IMG/VR virus record: IMGVR_UViG_3300032308_002246 | Span: 96,001-160,000 of that record | Length of the DNA: 64,000 bases | Origin: a virus | Strand: one strand, 5' to 3' | Part shown: one piece after another, positions 26,956 to 36,529 of the stretch | Position numbering within the stretch: position 1 is the first letter of the stretch | How the letters are laid out: every line of letters starts with the position of its first letter | Position numbers and translations under genes: made by a program | The notes under the pieces: model-generated | What the model was told of the DNA's origin: nothing | What the model saw: the letters and a program-made list of their open reading frames with translations, nothing else | Database searches by the model: none

Positions 26956-29900
26956 ATGGATGAACAAGAGATAATTAGTTTCTCGGAGCCGTTCCGAGGG
27001 ACGTCGTCGTTCTATGTAGGATTTAAAACAGTATCGGAGGCTGCCTCCGCTGCAGCAAGTGGTTCTTCGTCTGTATCACAACTTCATACGGCGATAAGAA
27101 CAGCTTCAGCATCTGCTACATCTGGCCACGCCATTGTCTCTGTTCATATTTCACCACGAGGGGCCACTGGCTCTGGTTCTGCAACAGCTGGCGACGAAGC
27201 AATTGGCTTACATACTGCGCCAAGACAAGCTTCGGCTTCTGCTAATGGAAGCAGCACCTCTACTGGTCTACATACAGCACCACGAAGCGCAACAGGAAGT
27301 GGAACAGGCTCTTCAAGCAATATAAGTGAAGTAATAACATTCCTTAGAGCTGCAAGCGCATCAGGTGGTGCAACCGCAAGCGACGAAGCAATTGGCCTTC
27401 ACACGGCCCCAAGAGGGGCAACTGGTTCTGGTCAGTCTAGTGAATCATCAACAAGAGTTAGAACAGCTGTTGTTTCGGCTACCGGTTCTGCAACAAGTGG
27501 TTCAACTGCAATTGGTCTGCACACTGCTCCAAGAACAGCAACTGCAGATGGACAGTCAAGTGAATCTGCAACAAGACTCATCATTTCACCAAGAAGCGTT
27601 ACTGGTTCAGGAAATGGCGATTCATTTGTTTCCGCCCTTCATACACACCTCAGAACTGCTTCGGCTAGCGGTTTAGGTACATCCAATAACTCAATCCTTT
27701 ACTCAAACCTCAGAACTGCTCAAGGTTCAGGTTCCGCAACTGCAGGTGACACTGCATTAATTCTTCATTCGAGTCTCAGAACTGCCAGTGCTTCTGGAAG
27801 CGGTTCTGAAAGTTCATCATCATTCAAGACTTCAGTCAGAACAGGTTCTGCAGCAGGACAATCTTCTGAGTCTTCAAATGGTCTGCATACAGCACCACGA
27901 ACAGCAAGCGGAAATGGTGATGGAGATTCATCGGTTTCTCAACTGTTCACACATCTCAGAACTGCATCTGCTTCTGGAGTCGGTTCGTCGAACAACTCAG
28001 TTCTTTATTCAAATATCAGAACTGCTCAAGGTTCTGGTTCTGCAACCGCCGGAGATGAAGCAACAATTCTTCACTCTTCACTTAGAACAGCATCTGCTAG
28101 TGGGGCAGGTTCAGAAACATCTGAAGAAAAGAGCACATTCTTTAGAACGGCTTCAGCTTCTAGTGATGGTTCTTCAACATCAGAAGAATTGCGAACCATC
28201 TTTAGAACTGGTTCGGCGGCAGGACAGTCTGGCTCGCTTGTATCTTTCAGATACGGAAAAATCAGAACTGCTTCTGCATCTGGTGGGGCGACCGCTAACG
28301 ATGAAGCACTCATCCTTCATACCTCAATCCGAACAGCGAGCGGAGATGGTGATGGCTCTTCAACCTCGTCTTCGTTTAAGACTCCTCTAAGAACAGCAAG
28401 CGCTTCAGGCCAAGGCTCTGATACGGCGCTTGGTCTGCACGTGGCGCCAAGAACTGCTGATGGCTCAGGTTCTGGAGATTCATCAGCTTCTATCGTCACT
28501 ACGTTCATCAGAACTGCAACTGGTTCTGGACTTGGTTCATCCAATAACTCGATTCTGTATTCGAATATCAGGACAGCTCAGGGTTCTGGTTCTGCGACTG
28601 CTGGAGACGAAGCACTCACACTCCATTCCAACCTCAGAACAGCGAGCGCATCTGGCGTTGGCTCATCAAGCGAGTCTTCATTTAAGACTCCTCTTAGAGC
28701 AGCGAGTGCTTCTGGTCAGGGTTCTGAAAGTTCAGACGGACTTCATATTGCACCAAGAACTGCAGATGGTTCTGGCTCTGGAGATTCGTCGACTTCAATT
28801 GTTACTACTTTCATCCGTACGGCATCAGCTGCTGGAATTGGTGGTTCAAACAATACCGTTCTCTACTCGAATATCAGGACTGCAAATGGTTCTGGTTCAG
28901 CAACGGCTGGAGACGAAGCAATTGGATTGCATACTGCTCCACGTTCAGCTGATGGTTCAGGAAGTGGTTCAGAAAATTCCTCATCATTCAAGACCCCTAC
29001 AAGAACAGCAAGTGCTAGTGGAAATGGTTCAAGTTCGTCTGACGGATTGCATATTGCTCCGCGAACAGCAAGTGGTTCTGGAGAGGGTGATTCAACTTCG
29101 CAGATTGTTACCACGTTCATCAGAACTGCTTTGGGTTCTGGAGTTGGAACTTCTAATAACTCAATCCTTTATTCAAACCTTAGAACAGCACAAGGCTCGG
29201 GTTCGGCAACGGCTGGCGATGAAGCAATTGGCCTGCACATCGCACCTCGAACGGCAACCGGTGAAGGAACTGGCAGTTCAAGCGCCTCAATCCTTTATAG
29301 CAATCTTCGTGCCGCAAGTGCATCCGGTGGCGCAACAGCTGGAGACGAAGCAGTTGGCCTGCATACAGCTCCAAGAAGCGCAACTGGTTCTGGAGCTGGC
29401 ACAGAGAGTACTGATGAGTTCAAGATTCTTTACAGAACATCTGTATCTGCTGGAATATCAAGTCAAACAGCAACTGGTCTGCACGTTGCACCAAGAGCTG
29501 CTACTGGTTCTGGTTCTGCCACAGCTGGAGACACCGCACTTGGACTTCATATTGCACCAAGAACGGCAACCGGAAATGGAACAAGCGGTTCAAGCAATAC
29601 AACTCTCCAAAGCAATCTTCGTTCAGCAACTGCTTCTGGCGGTGCAACTGCAGGTGATGCAGCAACTGGTCTTCATATTGCACCAAGAACTGCAGATGGA
29701 AATGGAGCTGGAGATTCGGCGACATCAATCTTCACAACATTTATCAGAACCGCATCTGGTTCTGGTTTTGGGAATTCAAACAACACCATCTTGTACTCAA
29801 ACCTCAGGACAGCTTTGGGTACTGGTTCTGCGACTGCCGGCGATGAAGCAGTTGGATTGCATTCACATCTTCGAAATGCAACCGGCGAAGGAACCAGCGG

Positions 29901-30291
29901 TCAAAGTGCCTCAAGTCTTCAAAGCAATCTCCGTCAGGCAACAGCATCTGGTGGTGCCACGGCTGGCGATGAAGCAATTGGTCTACACATTGCGCCGAGA
30001 GACGCAAGTGGAGATGGAACTGGTTCTTCATCAATAGGTCAATTGCTGTCAGTTCTAAGAACAGCTTCGGCAAACGGTCAAAGCTCGCAGTCAACAACAG
30101 AAAGTAGAAGCGTTCCTCTTTCGGCAACTGGAACTGGTGGAGCAACTGCTGGTGACGAGGCGATTGGACTACACATCGCACCTAGAACCGCAACTGGAAC
30201 TGGTGTATCCGGAGGATTTGCAACTTATGACCAAGACCCAGTATCTGGTATTACAGCTGGATACTGGGGTATTCAAGCCCTTGTTAGTTGA
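26956..30291 (+). CDS. 1111-aa Ser/Gly/Ala/Thr tandem-repeat virion protein
   Basis: About 50 units of 20/22 aa, each starting R-[TSA]-A (e.g. RTAQGSGSATAGDEAIGLHIAP); SD GGGGAG. Confidence 0.85.
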   Translation: MDEQEIISFSEPFRGTSSFYVGFKTVSEAASAAASGSSSVSQLHTAIRTASASATSGHAIVSVHISPRGATGSGSATAGDEAIGLHTAPRQASASANGSSTSTGLHTAPRSATGSGTGSSSNISEVITFLRAASASGGATASDEAIGLHTAPRGATGSGQSSESSTRVRTAVVSATGSATSGSTAIGLHTAPRTATADGQSSESATRLIISPRSVTGSGNGDSFVSALHTHLRTASASGLGTSNNSILYSNLRTAQGSGSATAGDTALILHSSLRTASASGSGSESSSSFKTSVRTGSAAGQSSESSNGLHTAPRTASGNGDGDSSVSQLFTHLRTASASGVGSSNNSVLYSNIRTAQGSGSATAGDEATILHSSLRTASASGAGSETSEEKSTFFRTASASSDGSSTSEELRTIFRTGSAAGQSGSLVSFRYGKIRTASASGGATANDEALILHTSIRTASGDGDGSSTSSSFKTPLRTASASGQGSDTALGLHVAPRTADGSGSGDSSASIVTTFIRTATGSGLGSSNNSILYSNIRTAQGSGSATAGDEALTLHSNLRTASASGVGSSSESSFKTPLRAASASGQGSESSDGLHIAPRTADGSGSGDSSTSIVTTFIRTASAAGIGGSNNTVLYSNIRTANGSGSATAGDEAIGLHTAPRSADGSGSGSENSSSFKTPTRTASASGNGSSSSDGLHIAPRTASGSGEGDSTSQIVTTFIRTALGSGVGTSNNSILYSNLRTAQGSGSATAGDEAIGLHIAPRTATGEGTGSSSASILYSNLRAASASGGATAGDEAVGLHTAPRSATGSGAGTESTDEFKILYRTSVSAGISSQTATGLHVAPRAATGSGSATAGDTALGLHIAPRTATGNGTSGSSNTTLQSNLRSATASGGATAGDAATGLHIAPRTADGNGAGDSATSIFTTFIRTASGSGFGNSNNTILYSNLRTALGTGSATAGDEAVGLHSHLRNATGEGTSGQSASSLQSNLRQATASGGATAGDEAIGLHIAPRDASGDGTGSSSIGQLLSVLRTASANGQSSQSTTESRSVPLSATGTGGATAGDEAIGLHIAPRTATGTGVSGGFATYDQDPVSGITAGYWGIQALVS
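27050..30220 (+). repeat. Coding tandem repeat, 60/66-bp units with a ~306-bp higher-order period
   Basis: Recurrent GGCGACGAAGCAATTGG and GCACCAAGAAC motifs; five-unit blocks repeated. Confidence 0.85.
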
Positions 30292-30314
30292 GATGAAGTA
30301 AACTAGGAGTAATC

Positions 30315-33300
30315 ATGGCAGCATATACACGCAAACAATATTCGGGCGCTGCTCGTAATACGACTACAACAACACTCTTGACGAATGTTGGAACAACAGT
30401 TGACATTACAGCGACCACTGGATGGCCATCTATTGCTGGCATCCCTTTTTATGTTGTAATCAGCCCATCTTCAATCTACGAAGAAAAGTGTCTTGCAACC
30501 ATATCTGGCTCAACCCTCACTCTTGATAGAGCAAAAGATGACACTACTGCGTCAGAGCACCCAATCGGCTCAGTTATTTACCCAGTATTTACCGCAAACG
30601 ACGCAGATGAAGCAAACGAACTTGTCTCAAAACTTACTACTACAGGCGACCTTCTCACCACGGACGGAACCAATCTGCTCCGTTTGGGAGTTGGCGAAGA
30701 TGGCTACTTTCTAAAAGCAAGTAGTTCTGCATCAGCTGGTATCGAGTGGGCCTCAATCCCGACAATCAACAACCTCAATGACATTGGCGATGTAACAATC
30801 AATGATGTTGAAGAATCAGATTTTCTTGTTTACAAAGCCTCGGCTTCTGCATGGATTAACGAAACAATCCACTTCATCACCGTCTCCGACACAGAGCCAA
30901 CTGATGAAATAAGACAAGGCGACCTGTGGTACAACTCAAGTGAACTTGAGCTTTATACCTATTACTCAAACAATTGGGTGCAAGTAACCCTCACCCCAGA
31001 ATTTCTGAAAGTTGAAGAACTTGACAACGTTTACATTGACAACGCAAATGCTGGCGATGTTCTAACTTTTGACGGCCTTGACTGGTACAACGACAATGTA
31101 GTCAGTCTTTTGGGGCCAGATATATCTGCGGAAACCGTAACGGCTTCAGTATTCACTGGAAACTTAACTGGAAACTCCGACACGGCAACTGCGTTAGAAA
31201 CACCACGGACAATATCCCTATCTGGTGATGTTTCTGGCTCGGTTTCTTTTGACGGCTCACAAGATGTTTCCATATCTGCAACAGTTCAAATAAACTCCAT
31301 AACCCTTGGAACCGACACAACTGGCAACTATGTAAATGATGTCGTAGCTGGAACCGGAATCTCAGTTACTCACACACCTGGAGAAGGTTCATCAGCAACT
31401 GTCGCAATCAATGCAACACTAGACAACCTTTCAGATGTAACTGTTCCATCTCCAACCTCTGGAGATTTCTTGAAGTGGAACGGTACGGCTTGGGTTAATG
31501 ACCCAATCAACCTTGGCACCGATACTGCTGGGAATTACATGTCTGACCTTACACAGGGCACTGGTGTAACGATTACCCACACACCTGGCGAAGGCTCAAA
31601 TGCAACTATCGCAATTGGTCAAGCAGTAGCGACTTCTTCGTCAGTACAGTTTGCTGCTGTTACTGCGCCACTAGTTGGCAATGCATCAACGGCTTCAGCA
31701 TTGCAAACAGCACGGGCTATCTCGTTGACTGGCGATGTTTCTGGTTCTGTTTCATTTGATGGTTCTGCAAATGCAAGCATCACTGCAACGATTCAGCCAA
31801 ACTCCGTAGCTTTGGGCACGGATACAACTGGCAACTATATGTCTGACCTCACACAAGGCACTGGTGTAACGATTACGCACACACCTGGGGAAGGTTCCAA
31901 TGCAACCATTGCGATTGGACAGGCTGTTGCAACTAGTTCTTCAGTTTCGTTTGCAAGACTAGAAACTACGGGAGATGTTTTAGTCGGCGGAAATTTAACC
32001 GTCAATGGAACTACCACGACATTAAACACCGAGACGTTATTGGTTGAAGACAACATAGTTGTTTTGAACTCTGGAATTACAGGTTCACCAACACTTAACT
32101 CTGGAATTGAAGTTGAGCGTGGAACTTCGGATAACGTATCAATGCGTTGGAATGAGTCAACAGACCGCTGGGAATTCACTAACGACGGAAGTGCATACAA
32201 TAACGTCCTTCTGAAGAGCGATATCAGCTTGAATGATATCTCTGACACAGTAATTACGTCTGCGGCAAACGGTCAACTACTCGAATTTGATGGAACAAAC
32301 TGGGTTAATGCGGTTCGCCCATCCAGCGAGCCGATGGGGCACGAGAATAAAGCTGACAGCGTAATTTCGTTCAACGAAGGCACAAGAACATTCTCCATAG
32401 CACCAGCATCTACCTCTTTTACGGTTTGGTGTGCTGGAAAACGTTTCGTAAAGACAACAACAGAAACTGTTCAAATTCCAGATACATCTGGTTTGTATTA
32501 TATCTACTACAACTCAAGCGGAGTGCTTTCATATAGAACTACATACTTCGTTTGGGATACAGACGCACCAACTGCTTATGTTTACTGGAATGAAGTAGAC
32601 AACAAGGCTTACTTCTTTGCTGATGAACGTCACGGTGTAACACTCGATTGGGCAACACACGAATACCTGCACAGAACTCGCGGTGCAGCAATCGCTAATG
32701 GATTCGGTGCAAATAACTACATTCTTGATGGCAATGGTTCATTAGATTCTCACGCAAAACTAGATATTGCTAATGGAACATTCTTTGACGAAGACCTTCA
32801 AGTTGACATTGCACATTCCGCAACCCCAACAGCAAATACATGGGAACAAGTACTTCAAGGCAATGCAGAGATTCCAGTTTTTTACAGACTAAATAATCAC
32901 TGGGTAAAGGATTCCGCAACTGAATTCCCAATGAAGCAGGGAACCGACAGGCCAAGATATAACCTTAATACTGCTGGAACATGGTCAACACCAGATGTAG
33001 CGAATAACCACTTTGGTGTGTCTTGGATTATTGCTACGAATAACCTGAATGAACCAGTTATTGCAATTCTTGGTCAGGGTTCTTACACTAATAACGGTTC
33101 AGCGCAAGCGGAGTTTTACGCTTCACTTGATTTAGATGGATTCCCAATCGTTGAGTTTCGCCCTCTTTACAAGATTATTTATGAGTGCAAGACTTCATAC
33201 ACAAATACCCCAAGCGCACGAATAACGGATGTTATTGACCTAAGAAGCGTCATTTCTTCAGACCAGGGTGTAGGTACAACACCAGTTTCTGACCACGGTT

Positions 33301-33914
33301 CAATGACTGGTCTTGCTGATGATGACCACACTCAGTATTTAACCGATGCGCGTCATGATGCTCTTGACCACACAACGGCAATAGGTTCTGCTTCGCTTGA
33401 CGACATCGGCAATGTCTCGGCTTCAGCTGCTGCTTCTGGAGACTTTTTAAAGTACGACGGAGCCAATTGGGTTAATGACCCAATCAACCTTGGCACCGAC
33501 ACTGTCGGCAACTATATGGTCAACGTGTCTGCAAGCACCGGACTCTCAATCTCTCACACTCAGGGTGAAGGTTCGACTGCGACAATTTCAACAACTGGTG
33601 TTCAGACGCTTGGCGCAAAGGCCGGCAACTACACGCTTGCTGCTGGTGATGCTGCAGAAACAATCATTATTATGGACTCAAGCTCCGCCAACGACTTGAC
33701 TGTCCCAAGCGCTTCAGCTGTTGCGTTCGGTACTGGCACAAGCATCACCGTTGTTCAGCGAGGTACTGGCAAGACAAGAATCCTTGCAGGAGCAGGAGTA
33801 ACGCTCTTGGCAACTCCTGGTCTTTTCCTAAGGGCAAGATACTCTTCATGCACAATAGTCAAAACAGAAAATGCAAACGAGTGGTTTGTTATAGGTGACT
33901 TGGCGGCATCGTGA
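30315..33914 (+). CDS. Tail fibre protein with C-terminal cap domain (cassette 1)
   Basis: LNDIGDV/LSDV fibre repeats, LGTDTTGNY modules, C-terminal YTL...ANDLTVP...GTGKTRILAGAGVT...WFVIGDLAAS. Confidence 0.85.
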   Translation: MAAYTRKQYSGAARNTTTTTLLTNVGTTVDITATTGWPSIAGIPFYVVISPSSIYEEKCLATISGSTLTLDRAKDDTTASEHPIGSVIYPVFTANDADEANELVSKLTTTGDLLTTDGTNLLRLGVGEDGYFLKASSSASAGIEWASIPTINNLNDIGDVTINDVEESDFLVYKASASAWINETIHFITVSDTEPTDEIRQGDLWYNSSELELYTYYSNNWVQVTLTPEFLKVEELDNVYIDNANAGDVLTFDGLDWYNDNVVSLLGPDISAETVTASVFTGNLTGNSDTATALETPRTISLSGDVSGSVSFDGSQDVSISATVQINSITLGTDTTGNYVNDVVAGTGISVTHTPGEGSSATVAINATLDNLSDVTVPSPTSGDFLKWNGTAWVNDPINLGTDTAGNYMSDLTQGTGVTITHTPGEGSNATIAIGQAVATSSSVQFAAVTAPLVGNASTASALQTARAISLTGDVSGSVSFDGSANASITATIQPNSVALGTDTTGNYMSDLTQGTGVTITHTPGEGSNATIAIGQAVATSSSVSFARLETTGDVLVGGNLTVNGTTTTLNTETLLVEDNIVVLNSGITGSPTLNSGIEVERGTSDNVSMRWNESTDRWEFTNDGSAYNNVLLKSDISLNDISDTVITSAANGQLLEFDGTNWVNAVRPSSEPMGHENKADSVISFNEGTRTFSIAPASTSFTVWCAGKRFVKTTTETVQIPDTSGLYYIYYNSSGVLSYRTTYFVWDTDAPTAYVYWNEVDNKAYFFADERHGVTLDWATHEYLHRTRGAAIANGFGANNYILDGNGSLDSHAKLDIANGTFFDEDLQVDIAHSATPTANTWEQVLQGNAEIPVFYRLNNHWVKDSATEFPMKQGTDRPRYNLNTAGTWSTPDVANNHFGVSWIIATNNLNEPVIAILGQGSYTNNGSAQAEFYASLDLDGFPIVEFRPLYKIIYECKTSYTNTPSARITDVIDLRSVISSDQGVGTTPVSDHGSMTGLADDDHTQYLTDARHDALDHTTAIGSASLDDIGNVSASAAASGDFLKYDGANWVNDPINLGTDTVGNYMVNVSASTGLSISHTQGEGSTATISTTGVQTLGAKAGNYTLAAGDAAETIIIMDSSSANDLTVPSASAVAFGTGTSITVVQRGTGKTRILAGAGVTLLATPGLFLRARYSSCTIVKTENANEWFVIGDLAAS

Positions 33915-34873
33915 TTCCGGGCAATCAAGCCAGTGGTGGAAAGTTTATTGACCCACCAGATTCAATATCTGTAGTTCCAAACGCTCTAGGCGGTGCCAGC
34001 GACATAGTTATCAATCACACTGGTTATAAAGGGAAATCTGGGTCAGTTAAATTCAGGGTCACTTCAAACACTGGGGTCAGTTCTGTTTCTGAAGCCACAA
34101 GTGGAACGTCTAGGTCCATGTCTCTGACTGGATTAAACAATGGCGTTAGCTACACGTTTTCAGCAGTCACAATTGAGTCTCAGTCTTCTGTCGAATCTTT
34201 ATCTGCTGTAACTTCATCTTCATCACTTGTTGCAGGAGTTCCAACTGCCCCAGCTCAACCAACTGTTTCTGCTGGTAATGGTCAAGTAACTGTATCGTGG
34301 AGCGAACCAGCAAATAACGGTGCAGCTATTACTAGTTATATTGTTTACTGGTCAACATCATCTGCTGCTATTCAAAGTTGGTCAAACTCGGTAAACACTG
34401 GTTCGACATCCACGTCTTATACCGTTACTGGATTAAGCAATGGAACCGCATACTATTTTACAGTTATTGCAGTCAACGCTACTGGTCAGAGTGCAAGGTC
34501 AGCTGTTTCAAGTGGAGCAACACCAGTGGTCCCAGGGCCACCACCTCCTCCGCCATGCTCTTGTGACGGTGTAGCCAGAAGACAGTACGGTTCATTTGCT
34601 CATCTCGACCCAGCCGGTTTTGGTTGGACATGTGACGGAACAACGAGCTACGAGTACTACACATATGGAACATGTGTTGGATGCCCTGGTGAAGGTGGTT
34701 ACAACGGAGCATTAAGAAACGGTGTTTGTGGTTATGTCGCGCCTGCTCCTCCGCCTCCTTCTCCTCCGCCCCCTTCTCCTCCACCTCCATCGCCGCCACC
34801 CGCTCCTCCTCCTTGCTCAATATGCTGCTCTGGATGCTTTATAGACCCAAAGCTTGGACCAATTTGTTGTTAG
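33911..34873 (+). CDS. FN3-domain protein with Pro/Cys-rich C-terminal tail
   Basis: GTGA overlap; FN3 pattern PTAPAQPTVSAGNGQVTVSW...YTVTGLSNGTAYYFTVIAVN; tail has P6, SPPPP repeats and 12 Cys. Confidence 0.88.
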   Translation: MIPGNQASGGKFIDPPDSISVVPNALGGASDIVINHTGYKGKSGSVKFRVTSNTGVSSVSEATSGTSRSMSLTGLNNGVSYTFSAVTIESQSSVESLSAVTSSSSLVAGVPTAPAQPTVSAGNGQVTVSWSEPANNGAAITSYIVYWSTSSAAIQSWSNSVNTGSTSTSYTVTGLSNGTAYYFTVIAVNATGQSARSAVSSGATPVVPGPPPPPPCSCDGVARRQYGSFAHLDPAGFGWTCDGTTSYEYYTYGTCVGCPGEGGYNGALRNGVCGYVAPAPPPPSPPPPSPPPPSPPPAPPPCSICCSGCFIDPKLGPICC

Positions 34874-34909
34874 TCTAAAAGACAATCAGAGATACAGTAG
34901 GATTTAATC

Positions 34910-35440
34910 ATGAGCAACGCTGAAGAAATTTGGATACCGCGAGAACCAACAGAATCAGAATATACATTTCAAGGCTGGTTTAATTGGGAAAACAAATTTG
35001 GTGAATTTGGTACTCCTGGATACTGGGATTTTGTAGAACAAACAAAAATTCCGTCTGTTTTTGGGGACGATAATCCTAGAGATGTTTATTTCACGCTCTA
35101 TAGACAAGACGGAGACGGCCTGCTTCTAGCAGTAATTCTTAGATACCGTGATGAATCAGGGGAGCTTCATCCACTTTTAATGCTGGTTCATCCAGACCAT
35201 CGGGGGAAGGGAATTGCAACTCAAGTGCTTCTTCGCATGGAAGAAAAATTTATCAACGAAGAAGCCCATGTATATGGGTACACGGTAGAGGACTTTCGAG
35301 CACTACCAAGAGCAGAACGAGCCGCTTTGGTTATTCCTCCAAAATGGGACGTACCAACCAATGAAGCTGGAGCGGGTTTTGCAACCCATGCAAGCAAGAT
35401 GTTTTATACGGTTGAAAAAGATTTCACAGTAGAGCCGTAA
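34910..35440 (+). CDS. GNAT-family acetyltransferase
   Basis: VHPDHRGKGIAT acetyl-CoA binding motif A. Confidence 0.82.
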   Translation: MSNAEEIWIPREPTESEYTFQGWFNWENKFGEFGTPGYWDFVEQTKIPSVFGDDNPRDVYFTLYRQDGDGLLLAVILRYRDESGELHPLLMLVHPDHRGKGIATQVLLRMEEKFINEEAHVYGYTVEDFRALPRAERAALVIPPKWDVPTNEAGAGFATHASKMFYTVEKDFTVEP

Positions 35441-35441
35441 G

Positions 35442-35669
35442 ATGTCTGCCTATCAGGAGTGGAAGAAAAAACTTGGAGATACACGCCCGTGGGATGTTGT
35501 TAACCCAAACATAGAAAAAACCACAGATGAAGAGGCAGAAAGAAGATTTTCGATTTGCCGAGAATGTCCAAGCCTGCTTGCGGTCACCAGCCAGTGCAGA
35601 GAATGCGGATGCTTCATGAAGTTAAAGGTGAAGATACAAGAAGCAACGTGCCCCTTGCAAAAGTGGTAG
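35442..35669 (+). CDS. Small Cys-rich protein (DUF6171-like)
   Basis: RFSICRECP...CRECGCFMKLK...CPLQKW. Confidence 0.8.
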   Translation: MSAYQEWKKKLGDTRPWDVVNPNIEKTTDEEAERRFSICRECPSLLAVTSQCRECGCFMKLKVKIQEATCPLQKW

Positions 35670-35696
35670 CCCCAACCAGAATGTAAGGGTTTTGCA

Positions 35697-36284
35697 ATGA
35701 AGTACATCAACGTAAATGGCGTATGTGTTTACAGGAATGCAATTATCAATCCCTCTGAGATAATAGAAGCCTCTGAGCTGTTAAGCATCTCGAAAGACAG
35801 CCGAGGCGATTGGACCAAATCGACAGTAATTGACACCGAGGGGAAGGTCTTTGTTTCTGAAGTAAGGACAAACCAGTTGATGTTCACCCCAACGCCAACT
35901 CAAAGGGGGGACGAGTCGTCGGCAGAGGTTATGCTGGCGAATAAAATTCACGAATATGTGATTCCTTGTGTCCAAAACTTTGCGGCGAAATTTGGTCTTT
36001 CAATCAAGTTCCAATCTACAAACGGATATCAAATTCTCAAGTATTCAGTTAACGAACATTACGTATCCCACCTTGATGATGGTGAAAAAACCAGACGGTA
36101 CGCTTCTGCCGTTGCATACCTAAACGACGACTACGAAGGTGGCGAACTATATTTTCAGGATTTGAATTTCACATATCAGCCGGTAGCCGGGGATGTTGTA
36201 ATTTTCCCATCTGGAGCACCATTTAGGCATGAGGCAAAACCCGTAATCAGCGGCATAAAGTACTCAATAGCTAACTGGTGGTAA
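35697..36284 (+). CDS. 2OG-Fe(II) dioxygenase (prolyl-4-hydroxylase-like)
   Basis: YQILKY...HLD...YLNDDYEGGEL...HEAKPV...KYS. Confidence 0.92.
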   Translation: MKYINVNGVCVYRNAIINPSEIIEASELLSISKDSRGDWTKSTVIDTEGKVFVSEVRTNQLMFTPTPTQRGDESSAEVMLANKIHEYVIPCVQNFAAKFGLSIKFQSTNGYQILKYSVNEHYVSHLDDGEKTRRYASAVAYLNDDYEGGELYFQDLNFTYQPVAGDVVIFPSGAPFRHEAKPVISGIKYSIANWW

Positions 36285-36346
36285 AAAGCCAGCGAAAACA
36301 ACAGACTAGAGCCGATTAAAGACCGTCTTGTGAGATAATTAGCCGT

Positions 36347-36529
36347 ATGCCAATCGTCTTCCCACAATCGCCGTCAATAAATGACGAATTTTCTGTTGCA
36401 GGTAAATCTTGGAGCTGGAACGGGTTCCGTTGGCAAAGATTTAAATCTGCGATAATTGACGGCGGGTTTGCCAACATTGAAATAAATGTTTCAGACGACG
36501 AACTAATTGCTGACGGAGGCGATGCTTAA
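36347..36529 (+). CDS. Small fibre-associated protein
   Basis: FPQSPSIND...GKSWSWNG..W, homologous to the N-terminus of 43737; TAATG coupling to the next gene. Confidence 0.7.
   Translation: MPIVFPQSPSINDEFSVAGKSWSWNGFRWQRFKSAIIDGGFANIEINVSDDELIADGGDA

Noticed and set aside
28430-30037. 535-aa alternative-frame ORF (Leu/Gln/Val-rich)
   Set aside because: Shadow frame of the repetitive Ser/Gly/Ala/Thr gene; no independent start signal or recognisable motif.
26956-30291. Ice-nucleation protein call
   Set aside because: Lacks the 16-aa AGYGSTxTA period; the similarity is compositional only.
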